DNA of 64,000 nucleotides from an uncultured Gammaproteobacteria bacterium (GTDB lineage Bacteria; Patescibacteriota; Patescibacteriia; UBA1558; GWA2-36-10): NCBI GenBank assembly GCA_964645825.1, contig CAZXZY010000001.1, positions 17,362 to 81,361 of the forward strand, read 5' to 3'. Shown piece by piece: positions 8,570 to 18,683 of this stretch (position 1 is its first letter; each line of letters starts with the position of its first letter). The notes under the pieces were generated by a model. It saw only the letters and a program-made list of their open reading frames with translations, ran no database searches and was not told where the DNA came from. The position numbers and the translations under genes were made by a program.

Positions 8570-10295
8570 GTTTGATACTTAAAACTTCAGCAATACTAGT
8601 AGTTCCCAATAGGGCTTTTTGCAAGCCGTCTTCAAAAATAGTAATCATACCGTTTTCAATTGCTGTTAATTGTAATTCGTTTGAAGAAATATTTTTGATA
8701 ATTAGCTTTTGAATAGCCGGAGAATTTTCCAAAATTTCTAGGGCACTAACACGACCAGAATAGCCAGACTGGTGACAATGTTTACAGCCTTTGCCGCGAT
8801 AAAAAGTTAGTTCATTAAAAGAATTTAAGTTATCCTCTACCCACTTCAAATCTTTGAATCGTTGTAACATTTGAGCTAAATCAAATTCCTTGCTCAAACT
8901 TTCGATTTCTTCTGGAGTCAAATGGTAGCTTTCAATGCACTTGAGGCAAATTCGACGCACTAAACGTTGGGCAATCACTACATTTAATGTAGAGGCTAAT
9001 AAAAATGGCTCTACACCCATATCTAACAGTCTTGGCGGTGCTCCAGCGGCATTATTAGTATGCAGAGTTGATAAGACTAAATGACCAGTCAAGCCGGCTC
9101 GGACAGAAATTTGCGCTGTTTTATTGTCTCTAATTTCACCGATCATAATAATATCTGGATCTTGTCTCAATAGAGCTCTTAAGCCATTAGCAAAATCATA
9201 ACCAGCTTGAGGGTTTACTTGTGTTTGGTTTATACGATGAACACCATATTCTATTGGATCTTCAATGGTGCAAATGTTAGACTCTTCTGTATTTAAAGCA
9301 TTTAAAATTGAGTATAAAGTAGTAGTTTTTCCGCTACCAGTTGGCCCAACCACTAGAATCATGCCAAAAGGTTTTTTGACTTCTCGATTCATTATTGCGA
9401 TATTCTTATCTGAAAATCCCATATTCTCTAAACTGAAATTTTGGGCATCATCTGTCATCAGACGCAACACCATTTTTTCACCATAAAAAGCAGGAATCAC
9501 TGAAACTCTGACGGACTCTTCTTGTCCTTCTAAAGAAAAAGAAAATCTTCCGTCTTGTGGTATACGATGTTCATCTATTTTTAGATTTGATAAAATTTTT
9601 ATTCTGGCTACAATAGCATCGTGTACTTCAGCTGGTAGCTCTACTTTATCATGTAAATCACCATCAATTCTAAATCTTACCACCACCGCATCTGGCAAAG
9701 CTTCAATATGTATGTCAGAGGCTTGATCAAATAGGGCATATTCTAAGATAGCGTCAACTATTTGGATGATTGGTAAGTCTAATTGGCTAGGTGTGCCTTG
9801 TACTTTTTTAAATTTTCGACTAATAATTTCATGCAGTTCTTCAGTGATGTTTTTTTGATAAAGACGGGCAGCAAAAAAGAAGTTTTTAGGGCTAGTAATA
9901 TAAGGGATTATTTCTTTTTTTATTGTCTCTTTAGCTAAAGCTAGCTTATCTTGATCCAAAGGATTAACAAAGGCCATCTTCACCTTGCCTTCTGCTAATG
10001 CGAAAGGAATTGCTTGAACCTTACGGGCCATTTTTTCATTGAACAAGTTTAGTATTTCCAAGTCCAGTTTTATTTTTCGGAGATTGACATAAGGTATTTT
10101 CAAAAAATCTCCTACTAATTCATATAGAAATTGCTCGTTAAAAAATCCCCTCTCGATCAAAACCTCTTCTATGGTTCTACGCCTGCGAGTGGCATTCTTT
10201 TTTGCGTTTTCCCAGTCAGATTCGGTGATGGTTTTCTGAGCCAAGAGTGTTTCTCTTGTCTTCTCAATAGGGATTGGTAATTTTGAAATAGGCAT
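8562..10295 (-). CDS. pilB: type IV pilus assembly ATPase PilB (GspE family)
   Basis: GSPII_E N-terminal domain, Walker A VVGPTGSGKTTTL, Asp and His boxes, tetracysteine motif CLKC...CKHC. Confidence 0.9.
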   Translation of the reverse strand: MPISKLPIPIEKTRETLLAQKTITESDWENAKKNATRRRRTIEEVLIERGFFNEQFLYELVGDFLKIPYVNLRKIKLDLEILNLFNEKMARKVQAIPFALAEGKVKMAFVNPLDQDKLALAKETIKKEIIPYITSPKNFFFAARLYQKNITEELHEIISRKFKKVQGTPSQLDLPIIQIVDAILEYALFDQASDIHIEALPDAVVVRFRIDGDLHDKVELPAEVHDAIVARIKILSNLKIDEHRIPQDGRFSFSLEGQEESVRVSVIPAFYGEKMVLRLMTDDAQNFSLENMGFSDKNIAIMNREVKKPFGMILVVGPTGSGKTTTLYSILNALNTEESNICTIEDPIEYGVHRINQTQVNPQAGYDFANGLRALLRQDPDIIMIGEIRDNKTAQISVRAGLTGHLVLSTLHTNNAAGAPPRLLDMGVEPFLLASTLNVVIAQRLVRRICLKCIESYHLTPEEIESLSKEFDLAQMLQRFKDLKWVEDNLNSFNELTFYRGKGCKHCHQSGYSGRVSALEILENSPAIQKLIIKNISSNELQLTAIENGMITIFEDGLQKALLGTTSIAEVLSIKHE

Positions 10296-10403
10296 ACAAA
10301 TTTATGCTGAATAATTATTTATATTATAACATATTTGATCAGATATAAAAAACCACCGCGGTAATACGGCAGCTTTTTCATTTTGTAATTTTAAGATGAG
10401 AGT

Positions 10404-10625
10404 TTATCTAAATTTTAATTGGCAATTTTTTTGGCAAGTATCAAAGCCATTTTGTAAACACATAGCTCTATTCTCTATGTCTATTTCACAAAAATTTGAT
10501 TGACAATGCTCAACGCAACTTTTGTAGTCTGTAAATGGTTTTACTTCTTGAGCGTGTCCAGTGACGCTACAGCCTGACACAACAAAAGCTAGCATAATTA
10601 AACTAAAAATTTTCTTAAGCTCCAT
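10404..10625 (-). CDS. small cysteine-rich lipoprotein (74 aa from internal Met)
   Basis: MELKKIFSLIMLAFVVSGC has an n-region, h-region and lipobox VSGC, followed by 8 further Cys in 55 aa. The longer ORF in the track (10404-10697) would overlap secA by 83 nt, so the internal start is preferred. Confidence 0.4.
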   Translation of the reverse strand: MELKKIFSLIMLAFVVSGCSVTGHAQEVKPFTDYKSCVEHCQSNFCEIDIENRAMCLQNGFDTCQKNCQLKFR

Positions 10626-13326
10626 GACATTTTTTATATTTTTTACCGCTACCACAATAACAAGGATCATTACGACCAATCTTATCACCTTCTTCATTTG
10701 TTGGTTTTGAGGGCAAAGTAGCCGATCTATTTTCTCTGTCTTCTACTTGTTTTTGAAATGGTGAAAATCCTTGTTTTTGTTCGTTAAATTGTTTTTGTTT
10801 TTCCACTTGTGGTGTAGCCATTTTACGAGCTAAACCAACTTTAAAAATAGAATAAACAATCTGCTTGCGGATTTGGGCAATTAAGTTATTAAATAGGCTA
10901 AAAGCTTCACGTTTATATTCAACCAGTGGGTCTCTCTGGCCATAGCCCTGTAAGCCAATGCCCGTTCTTAATTTATCCATAGCAGTCAAATGTTCAACCC
11001 AAAGTGTGTCAATACTGCGCAAAACTATTCCTCTTTCAATCATCTGCATTGGTGTCCAAGCTTGAGCAGTTTCCAAGGACTGGTTAATGTGCTCAGTTTG
11101 GGTCATATATTTTTCTTGAACTAAATCATTTAGATAGTTTATTACTTCCGTTCTCTTTTCATGTGAGTTATCTTTATTTGTTTGTGCTAATAATTCTTCT
11201 AATTTAGTTTTTTCTGTGTTACTAAGAGTGAAAATTGATTTTATAGTTTCGATTATTTCTTTTGGATCAAAATCACCAACGTTTTCTTTGGCTAGAGTAT
11301 GAAAAGAAATAACATCCTCGATTTCTTTTTTAAGTTGACTTAAAACAAAGTCCTGTGAAGTTTTATATTCGGCATCTTCGGCAATTTCTTGATCAGTAAA
11401 TAAAGTTAAGAAGTTTTGACGCAAATTATAAACAACCTGACGATGTTTATTTATGATGTCATCATATTCAACCAAGTGTTTACGCGTATCAAAATTATGT
11501 CCCTCCACCTTTTTTTGAGCTGACTCAATTGAACGAGAAATCATTTTGTTTTCAATAGCTGTCTCTTCGTCTAAGCCCAAAGTATTCATGACAGATTTTA
11601 AACGATCTGAACCAAAAATACGCATCAAGTCATCATCGAGCGAGATGTAAAATTGAGAAGATCCGGCGTCACCTTGACGACCAGCACGACCACGTAACTG
11701 ATTATCAATACGACGAGATTCATGTCGACCAGTACCTAAAACATGTAGACCACCCAAAGTTTTGACTTCTTCATTTTTAGTCTCTTCCTTTGGTGATCCA
11801 CCCAAAATAATATCCACACCACGCCCAGCCATATTAGTAGCTACTGTTATAGCGCCTTTTCTACCTGCTTGAGCCAAGATATCTGCTTCTTTAGCGTGAT
11901 GTTTAGCGTTTAATAGGTTAAAAGGCAAGCCAGTTTTATCTAGTGCCGCAGCCAATTCTTCATTTTGCTCGATAGAAACAGTACCAACTAAAATTGGTTG
12001 ACCAGTTTTGTGTCTTGCTTCTATCTCTTTAATAATTGCTTTTATTTTACCACGATGACTTTTGAAAATTTTATCACGCATGTCATCACGAGCAAATGGT
12101 CTGTTAGTCGGAATAACAGTTACATCTAGACTATAAATTTTGGCCATTTCTTCAGCTTCAGTAGCAGCTGTACCGGTCATGCCAGACAGTTTTTTGTACA
12201 TACGGAAGTAGTTCTGGAAGGTAATGGTGGCTAGCGTCATGCTTTCTTTTTGGACATCTACTCCTTCTTTGGCTTCAATCGCTTGGTGTAAACCTTCAGA
12301 ATAACGACGGCCATCCATCATGCGGCCAGTGAATTCATCAATGATTACCACCTCACCCTCTTTAATGACGTAGTCTTTATCTTTATGATACAGACTTCTT
12401 GCGCGCAGAGCCTGTTCCAAGTGATGGACCGTACTTAAGCCATGACTTTCATAAATATTATCAACATTCAAAAGTTTCTCCATTTTACGAACACCATCTT
12501 CAGTCAATGTGCAACTACGCATTTTTTCATCAATATTGTAGTGGTCATTTTCAGTAAGTTGGCTAACTAATTGAGCGAATTGACGATATTGGGCAGCAGA
12601 TTCTTCAGCTGGAGCAGAAATAATAAGCGGTGTACGCGCTTCATCAATCAAGATACTATCAACTTCATCGACAATAGCGTAGTTTAAACCACGCTGAACT
12701 TGTTTATCAACGCCCTGAGCCATGTTGTCTCGTAGATAGTCAAAGCCAAATTCATTATTAGTACCATAAGTAATATCCGCTTGATAGGCTTTTTTTCTTT
12801 CTACTGGTTGCAAAAAATCAGATGCTTCTTCGTCTACATAAAGAAAAGAAGCGTCGTGCTGAATTACACCAACGGATAAACCTAAAAAGTTATAGATTTG
12901 TCCCATCCAAGTAGCGTCACGTTGAGCCAAATAATCATTGACTGTTACTACATGCACACCTTTTCCTGATAAAGCATTAAGATAAATTGGCAAAGTTGAA
13001 GTCAGTGTTTTACCTTCACCAGTTTTCATTTCAGCAATTTGTCCTTGATGTAACACCACTCCACCAATTAATTGAACTTTAAAAGGTTTTTGCTGTAGTG
13101 TCCTTTGCGCAGCTAAGCTTACCAAAGCAAAAGCCGGCACAGTCAGATCTTCTAGGGACGTACCAGATTGAGCTTGATTTTTTAGCTCTAAACTTTGTTT
13201 CTTTAGTTCTTCGTTGGATAATTTAGACCACTCTTGTTCTTGTTTGTCTATTTTTTCTAAAAGTGGATCCAAACTTTGTAAAAAACGCTCGTTAGCGTCA
13301 CCGAATATGTTTTGTAACCAAGGCAT
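10615..13326 (-). CDS. secA: preprotein translocase ATPase SecA
   Basis: DEAD-like motor domains (MKTGEGKT, DEVDSILIDEARTPLIIS) and C-terminal zinc motif CYCGSGKKYKKCHG. Confidence 0.95.
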   Translation of the reverse strand: MPWLQNIFGDANERFLQSLDPLLEKIDKQEQEWSKLSNEELKKQSLELKNQAQSGTSLEDLTVPAFALVSLAAQRTLQQKPFKVQLIGGVVLHQGQIAEMKTGEGKTLTSTLPIYLNALSGKGVHVVTVNDYLAQRDATWMGQIYNFLGLSVGVIQHDASFLYVDEEASDFLQPVERKKAYQADITYGTNNEFGFDYLRDNMAQGVDKQVQRGLNYAIVDEVDSILIDEARTPLIISAPAEESAAQYRQFAQLVSQLTENDHYNIDEKMRSCTLTEDGVRKMEKLLNVDNIYESHGLSTVHHLEQALRARSLYHKDKDYVIKEGEVVIIDEFTGRMMDGRRYSEGLHQAIEAKEGVDVQKESMTLATITFQNYFRMYKKLSGMTGTAATEAEEMAKIYSLDVTVIPTNRPFARDDMRDKIFKSHRGKIKAIIKEIEARHKTGQPILVGTVSIEQNEELAAALDKTGLPFNLLNAKHHAKEADILAQAGRKGAITVATNMAGRGVDIILGGSPKEETKNEEVKTLGGLHVLGTGRHESRRIDNQLRGRAGRQGDAGSSQFYISLDDDLMRIFGSDRLKSVMNTLGLDEETAIENKMISRSIESAQKKVEGHNFDTRKHLVEYDDIINKHRQVVYNLRQNFLTLFTDQEIAEDAEYKTSQDFVLSQLKKEIEDVISFHTLAKENVGDFDPKEIIETIKSIFTLSNTEKTKLEELLAQTNKDNSHEKRTEVINYLNDLVQEKYMTQTEHINQSLETAQAWTPMQMIERGIVLRSIDTLWVEHLTAMDKLRTGIGLQGYGQRDPLVEYKREAFSLFNNLIAQIRKQIVYSIFKVGLARKMATPQVEKQKQFNEQKQGFSPFQKQVEDRENRSATLPSKPTNEEGDKIGRNDPCYCGSGKKYKKCHGA

Positions 13327-13393
13327 AAGTGTTTATTGATAAATAAACCATGAACCCAAAAGCTCATGGAATGTAGGTATAATTAAAATTAAT

Positions 13394-13750
13394 TTATTTC
13401 TTTTGCCAAAATTTTAAGGCTTTTAAATTTTGGGCGCTTTTACGAATTAACCCCTGATTCTTATCTTTGTGCTTGACTAACTGCCTTATTAGCTTATCTT
13501 GCACCGCATCAACTGCAGCATGAGCATCTTGGTGAGTTTCTTTTATTATGATACTTTGTTTTTGTGGTAAAGAAACTTGTGCTCCTACTGTGAAGACCTC
13601 ACCTTTTTTGTGATGTTGATCACGAGCTAGCTCTACTGAAAAAGATAAAATATTTTCTTTGTATTTTTCTACAGCCTTAAATTTTTCTTGCAAATACTGT
13701 CGAAACGGATCGTTTAAATCAAAATTCTTTTTATAGATTTTAATGTCCAT
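13394..13750 (-). CDS. hpf: ribosome hibernation promoting factor (HPF/RaiA, short form)
   Basis: MDIKIYKKNFDLNDPFRQYLQEKF...VELARDQHHKKGEVFTVGAQVSLP is the S30AE fold pattern. Start assigned to the internal Met preceded by gagaaag. Confidence 0.75.
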   Translation of the reverse strand: MDIKIYKKNFDLNDPFRQYLQEKFKAVEKYKENILSFSVELARDQHHKKGEVFTVGAQVSLPQKQSIIIKETHQDAHAAVDAVQDKLIRQLVKHKDKNQGLIRKSAQNLKALKFWQKK

Positions 13751-13859
13751 GACTTTCTCATTAATAATTTCCGCTATTAATATACCAGTTTTTTTATAAA
13801 AAATCAACCCCTTCAAATTAGCTTGAAGAGGCAATTTTTATGCTAACGTTGGGTATTTT

Positions 13860-15611
13860 TTATTCTAAAATAGCCTTGATACGACGCACTCCAGCTGATG
13901 AAGAGCTTTCTTTTTTGATCTTAAAATGGCCCAAATCACTAGTATTTTCAACATGTGGACCACCGCAAATTTCTTTACTAATATCGCCGATGCTATAAAC
14001 CTTTACTTTTTCTTCATATTTGTGTCCAAAAAGACCAATTGCTCCTTGTTTTTTTGCTTCTTCAACGGTCATTTCAGTAAAACTAATTATTAGGCCTTGC
14101 TTAATTTGTGCGTTAACTAAGTCCTCCACCTCTTTGATTTCTTTGTCTGTCATTTTTTCAGAATGAACAAAATCAAAACGCATTCGTTCGGCATTAATAT
14201 TACTACCGCGTTGTTCAACGTGGTCCCCTAAAATAATTCTTAAGGCTTGATGTAGTAGATGTGTAGCAGTGTGATATTTTTTACTCATCTCTCCATCATC
14301 TGCTAGTCCTCCTTTAAACATGCCAGCTGAAGCTGATCTGGATAGTTCTTGGTGTTTGCTAAATTCAGCTTGATACTTTTCTTCAGATAATTTTAATCCT
14401 TGTTCGTCGGCCAATTCCAAAGTCATTTCTAATGGAAAACCAAAGGTAGAAAACAAATTAAAAGCAGCTTTTTCATCTAAAGCATTTTTAGCTCTAAGTT
14501 TTTCAAACTGTTTTAAACCTTGTTGTAACGTCTCTTTGAATTTAAGTTCTTCTTTTTCTATCTCAGTTAAAATAAATTTTTTATTTGCTTTTAGTTCCGG
14601 ATAAACATTTTTATATTTCTTTATAACTACTTCGGAAATTATTTTAGTAAAGTCATCATTGATGCCTAAGTTTTTTCCAAAACGAACAGCGCGTCTAATC
14701 ACACGACGCAAAACATAGCCTTGTCCAGTATTAGCTGGTGCCATGCCCTGTGGGTCACCTAACAAAAATGTAGCACTACGTAAATGATCTGCAATTATTC
14801 TAAAAGTTTTTGTTTCATCTTTATATTTTTTACCACTTAATTTTTCTATCTTTTCTATAATAGGCAAAAACAAGTCTGTTAAATAATTATCATCTAAATC
14901 ATTTAGAGCGGCTAAAGTACGCTCTAAGCCCATGCCAGTATCAATGTTTTTTTGTTGTAAGGGGTTAAATTCTCCGGCCTCATTTTTATTATATTCCATG
15001 AAGACATTATTCCAAAGCTCTACCCAAGTGTCATCTTTAGGATCAAATGTATCTAAAGGCGCTTTATTGCCACTCCAGTAAAATATTTCTGTGTCTGGAC
15101 CACAAGGGCCGGTTTGTCCTGCTGGACCCCACCAGTTATCAGATAATTTAGCAATTCTGGTAGCCGGAACACCTAAGTCTAACCAATATTTTTCGGCTTC
15201 TTGATCGTGATTTACTATGTCTTTATTACCACCAAAAATTGAAATAGCTAAATATGTTGGCTTAATTTTTAAAACATCAATTAAAAATTCCCAAGCATAA
15301 GCAGTGGCCTCTTTTTTTTGGTAATCAGCCAAGGACCAATTCCCAAGCATTTCAAAAAAAGTATGATGTGTTTTGTCACCCACTTCTTCTATATCACCAG
15401 TCCGCCAGCATTTTTGAACATTAGCCAAACGTGTTCCAGCTGGATGTTTTTCACCCATTAAATAAGGCACTAGTGGATGCATGCCAGCTGTAGTAAATAA
15501 TACAGTAGGATCGTTTTCTGGAATCAAAGAAGCAGAACTTATAATGGTGTGCTCTTTATTTTTAAAATATTCTAAAAATTTATCTCTTAGTTCATTTCCA
15601 GTAATTTTCAT
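13860..15611 (-). CDS. alaS: alanyl-tRNA synthetase, short form (583 aa, no C-Ala domain)
   Basis: Class II catalytic motifs (FTTAGMHPLVPY, WRTGDIEEVGDKTHHTFFEMLGNWS) and editing-domain HTATHLLHQALR...CGGPHV. Confidence 0.85.
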   Translation of the reverse strand: MKITGNELRDKFLEYFKNKEHTIISSASLIPENDPTVLFTTAGMHPLVPYLMGEKHPAGTRLANVQKCWRTGDIEEVGDKTHHTFFEMLGNWSLADYQKKEATAYAWEFLIDVLKIKPTYLAISIFGGNKDIVNHDQEAEKYWLDLGVPATRIAKLSDNWWGPAGQTGPCGPDTEIFYWSGNKAPLDTFDPKDDTWVELWNNVFMEYNKNEAGEFNPLQQKNIDTGMGLERTLAALNDLDDNYLTDLFLPIIEKIEKLSGKKYKDETKTFRIIADHLRSATFLLGDPQGMAPANTGQGYVLRRVIRRAVRFGKNLGINDDFTKIISEVVIKKYKNVYPELKANKKFILTEIEKEELKFKETLQQGLKQFEKLRAKNALDEKAAFNLFSTFGFPLEMTLELADEQGLKLSEEKYQAEFSKHQELSRSASAGMFKGGLADDGEMSKKYHTATHLLHQALRIILGDHVEQRGSNINAERMRFDFVHSEKMTDKEIKEVEDLVNAQIKQGLIISFTEMTVEEAKKQGAIGLFGHKYEEKVKVYSIGDISKEICGGPHVENTSDLGHFKIKKESSSSAGVRRIKAILE

Positions 15612-15612
15612 A

Positions 15613-16212
15613 TTATTTTTTTAGTTTTGAAAATAAGATGTCATTATATTTGTACATCAAAACAGCGCCAGCTGGTAAACTCATAAAACCGACTACCACA
15701 TCATATAAAGTGTCATTTGGCTGACTGGCTGTAAAAAACATATTTTTACCTAGATACGTTGTTATGAAGTATTCAAGCAATTCCCATAGCAAAATGATTG
15801 ACATGGTAATAACTAAAGAAGCCAAAACATTATCAGATTTTGTAGTTTTGATATTCCAATGAAGAGTGCCGGCTTTGAATAAAACAGCTACAATAACAAA
15901 GATAAATAGGGGCGTAAAAAAATGTACGTAAGCATCATAATTATACAGCAAGTCAAAAAGCCAAAGATAGCCAGCTACTGATAATAAAACCATGCCCGAA
16001 AAGAACAATTCAATCCAGTCTAATAACTCATTAGAAAAATTTTCATGTAAACCTAAGCGACGATAAATAATGCGTGGTAAAAATAAGACAGCTGAAAAAG
16101 CTATATAGCCAAAGAAAATAAAAATACTATGGCCAGTAAATAAGAAATAAAAGGCCAGTATTAAAATGATGAGACTAGTAATGTTAATGATTTTTCTAAC
16201 GTGTACTTTCAT
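15613..16212 (-). CDS. polytopic membrane protein, unknown function
   Basis: About 6 hydrophobic helices; no recognisable motif. Confidence 0.4.
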   Translation of the reverse strand: MKVHVRKIINITSLIILILAFYFLFTGHSIFIFFGYIAFSAVLFLPRIIYRRLGLHENFSNELLDWIELFFSGMVLLSVAGYLWLFDLLYNYDAYVHFFTPLFIFVIVAVLFKAGTLHWNIKTTKSDNVLASLVITMSIILLWELLEYFITTYLGKNMFFTASQPNDTLYDVVVGFMSLPAGAVLMYKYNDILFSKLKK

Positions 16213-16260
16213 ATGTATTTTTAATTTATACTATCTAGAATTATAGAAATTACTAGCTTT

Positions 16261-17328
16261 TTAGTCAATTATAATAGCTGAAGCAATTAGCTCATTTTTA
16301 AGATAAACAGCCAAAGTCTGTCCTGCTGCAGAGGCGAATTGGTCTTTTTTAAAGGTAATCTGGTACAAATTATCCCCTATTTTATCTATTTTTAGCGCTT
16401 GATCTGTTTGCCTGTACCTGATTTTACCTTTTGCCTTGATGGGAAATTTATGAGCTTGACCCAACCAATGCCAGTTTTTAACTTTAATTTGTTTAGTGTA
16501 AAGCTCGATAGATTCTTTAGGGCCAACAACTAGCTCATTTTTAGCTAAATTTTTTCTAATGACGTATAAAGCTGGACCACCACCAATGTTTATCCCTTTG
16601 CGTTGGCCCGGGGTATAATAAATCACGCCTTCATGTTTACCCATTATTTTTCCATTTAAGTCCACTATATTTCCAGGATTGGCCGGAATTTCTTGTTGTA
16701 AAAAATCTTTGAGATTAACTTTGCCAACAAAACAAATTCCCTGACTGTCTTTACGATCTGCATTTGGTAAGCCAGCTTGTTTTGCCATTTCTCTGACTTT
16801 TGGCTTTTTTATTTTACCCAGAGGAAATAAGGAGTGACTTAATTGCTCTTGAGTAAGGCCAGACAAAAAATATGACTGATCTTTATTGTCATCTAAACCT
16901 TGTAATAAATGAAAGCCTTTTTTGTTTTCTATAATCTGGGCGTAATGACCAGTGGCAATTTTATCATACCCAGCCAACAAAGCTTTGGCTAAAAATAGTT
17001 TAAATTTAATTTCAGAGTTACATAAAATATCTGGATTTGGAGTAAGGCCTTTTTGATAAGTATCAAATAAATATTTAACAACAGTTTTTCTATATTGTTC
17101 TTCAAAATCCCAAGTTTCTAATTTTATACCCAAAAAATCAGCTACTTTTTGAGCTTCAGCTTGGTCTTTGCGCCAAGGACACTCATGATCAATGTTATCA
17201 CGGCTAGAAAAATTTTTCATAAAAACAGCGGATACCTCGTGCCCTTCTTTTTTCAATAAGAAAGCAGCGACTGCTGAATCAACACCACCTGAAAGTCCTA
17301 CTAGTATTTTTAGAGCTTTACTTTTCAT
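16261..17328 (-). CDS. mnmA: tRNA 2-thiouridylase MnmA
   Basis: PP-loop VGLSGGVDSAV and catalytic Cys region. Confidence 0.9.
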   Translation of the reverse strand: MKSKALKILVGLSGGVDSAVAAFLLKKEGHEVSAVFMKNFSSRDNIDHECPWRKDQAEAQKVADFLGIKLETWDFEEQYRKTVVKYLFDTYQKGLTPNPDILCNSEIKFKLFLAKALLAGYDKIATGHYAQIIENKKGFHLLQGLDDNKDQSYFLSGLTQEQLSHSLFPLGKIKKPKVREMAKQAGLPNADRKDSQGICFVGKVNLKDFLQQEIPANPGNIVDLNGKIMGKHEGVIYYTPGQRKGINIGGGPALYVIRKNLAKNELVVGPKESIELYTKQIKVKNWHWLGQAHKFPIKAKGKIRYRQTDQALKIDKIGDNLYQITFKKDQFASAAGQTLAVYLKNELIASAIIID

Positions 17329-17872
17329 TATTATATAATGTCGTGTTATAAAATTTAGCCATAGCCATTATAATGCCATTTTCAAAAGATTGGCTACGAG
17401 TAATAAGGTCGTTGGTTAGCTCACCAATAGTTCCGTTAGTGCCGCGTACATCTTTTTTGGAAAACATTTCTTCGGCCACTGGCGCCAACTCCCTCTGTTT
17501 ATCCATGATTTCTCGACGAGCATAGTCGCTTAATTCTAAAGTTTCACTATAAGCTAAACTATCTATTTTGCCATCTGTGATATAAACAGCGCCAGTTAAA
17601 AAGAATTTTTCTTTATTTAAAAAATGGTGAGTCATTACACCACCTTCAATGCCGATATAATAATCAGCTTTAATAGCAGCCTTAATTAAATTTTGAGCTC
17701 TATTATAAGCACCTTTAGTTGTTTCTTCTAAGTCACGTGGTTGATCATCAACATCTGAATTTACTTTTTCAGTGATTATCCTTACTTCTTTGTCAGGGTA
17801 AATTTTGGCAAAAGCAGACTTTACAGCCTCTACTTTTGGTTGACGAATACTGCCTAAGGCTATTGTAATCAT
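17318..17872 (-). CDS. YjjX-family inosine/xanthosine triphosphatase (NTPase_I-T)
   Basis: Aligns with E. coli YjjX: DQPRDLEETTKGAYNRAQNL and YYIGIEGGV core. Confidence 0.65.
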   Translation of the reverse strand: MITIALGSIRQPKVEAVKSAFAKIYPDKEVRIITEKVNSDVDDQPRDLEETTKGAYNRAQNLIKAAIKADYYIGIEGGVMTHHFLNKEKFFLTGAVYITDGKIDSLAYSETLELSDYARREIMDKQRELAPVAEEMFSKKDVRGTNGTIGELTNDLITRSQSFENGIIMAMAKFYNTTLYNNEK

Positions 17873-17933
17873 ATTTTTATAGTGAATTTTATTGTATTCT
17901 CTAGAGCTAAAATACCATTTTTTGCTGTATTTA

Positions 17934-17972
17934 GCAATAAAAAAACACTTGGAACCTACTTAGATTCCAAGC
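17934..17972 (-). terminator. intrinsic terminator of the zinc-ribbon repeat-protein gene
   Basis: Hairpin cttggaa-N10-ttccaag followed by a U-run on the minus strand. Confidence 0.5.
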
Positions 17973-17993
17973 GTAAATATGCTATGGCTGATA

Positions 17994-18629
17994 TTATGCT
18001 GATGTGTCTTCGGGCAAGAGTCTTTGAATGATGGCCAGGTTTGTTTTCAAGATCTCTTCCTTGATGTTATCACTAGTATTTTCCCATAATATATCAAATT
18101 CAACTCTATCGTAAAAAAGATCAGTAAACATTGCAGATAATATCTTTATTGCAAGATCCTGTGGAGATGGCCCATGCTTATCAAGCCATTCCTGCAATAA
18201 CGGCACGGTACTTTCTTTTGGAGCGGGATTAGAATCTTCCACGCTTGCCGTTTCCTCTGCTAAGAGTTGTTTAATAATAGCAAAGCTTGTTTGAAGAATT
18301 TTTTCACTAACAACAGGCTTAAAACTTTTCCACTTCTCTTCGAGTCCACTTCTGTTGTAGAAAAGATCATTAAATACTTCAAATAGTATTTTTTCTTCAA
18401 GATCCTGTGGAGGTGACTCATGCCTATTAAGCCATTCTTGCAATAACGGCACGGCATTGACAGAGAATTTGTCAGGATTACTGAACATCACACTGCAACC
18501 TTTACAGATGTGATATAATGTTTGGCGTTGAATATCACTTCCGGTTAGGCCATTATCTCTTGTCACTGTTGTATATCTATTGTGGCCACAGTTACGACAT
18601 TTGAATTTAACCTCTAATTGCTTAGCCAT
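17994..18629 (-). CDS. zinc-ribbon protein with two tandem copies of an 82-aa acidic helical repeat (start at internal Met MAKQ)
   Basis: CRNCG...CKGC zinc ribbon. Repeats VPLLQEWLNRHESPPQDLEEKIL... and VPLLQEWLDKHGPSPQDLAIKIL... are about 80% identical at DNA level. GGAGGA sits 8 nt upstream of the second ATG. Confidence 0.55.
   Translation of the reverse strand: MAKQLEVKFKCRNCGHNRYTTVTRDNGLTGSDIQRQTLYHICKGCSVMFSNPDKFSVNAVPLLQEWLNRHESPPQDLEEKILFEVFNDLFYNRSGLEEKWKSFKPVVSEKILQTSFAIIKQLLAEETASVEDSNPAPKESTVPLLQEWLDKHGPSPQDLAIKILSAMFTDLFYDRVEFDILWENTSDNIKEEILKTNLAIIQRLLPEDTSA
17997..18452 (-). repeat. intragenic tandem duplication, 246-bp unit x about 1.85
   Basis: Units at 18207-18452 and 17997-18206, e.g. 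aagccattcctgcaataacggcacgg vs aagccattcttgcaataacggcacgg. Confidence 0.7.
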
Positions 18630-18683
18630 TTTAAAGATCCTCCATATTGTAAACACAGATTGCAAATGTACTTTTAATATAAT

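Noticed and set aside
10355-10380. 13-mer ccgcggtaatacg, identical to the universal 16S rRNA 515-530 region
   Set aside because: It is an isolated 13-nt match in an intergenic A/T-flanked region with no surrounding rRNA-like sequence. It is most likely coincidence or a weak bidirectional terminator-like element.
10626-10697. Long N-terminal extension of the Cys-rich lipoprotein ORF (track start 10697)
   Set aside because: It would overlap secA by 83 nt. The internal Met at 10625 gives a canonical signal peptide, so the shorter form is preferred.
13751-13834. 28-aa N-terminal extension of hpf in the track
   Set aside because: HPF family proteins begin at the MDIKI-type Met, and the upstream segment has no RBS context.
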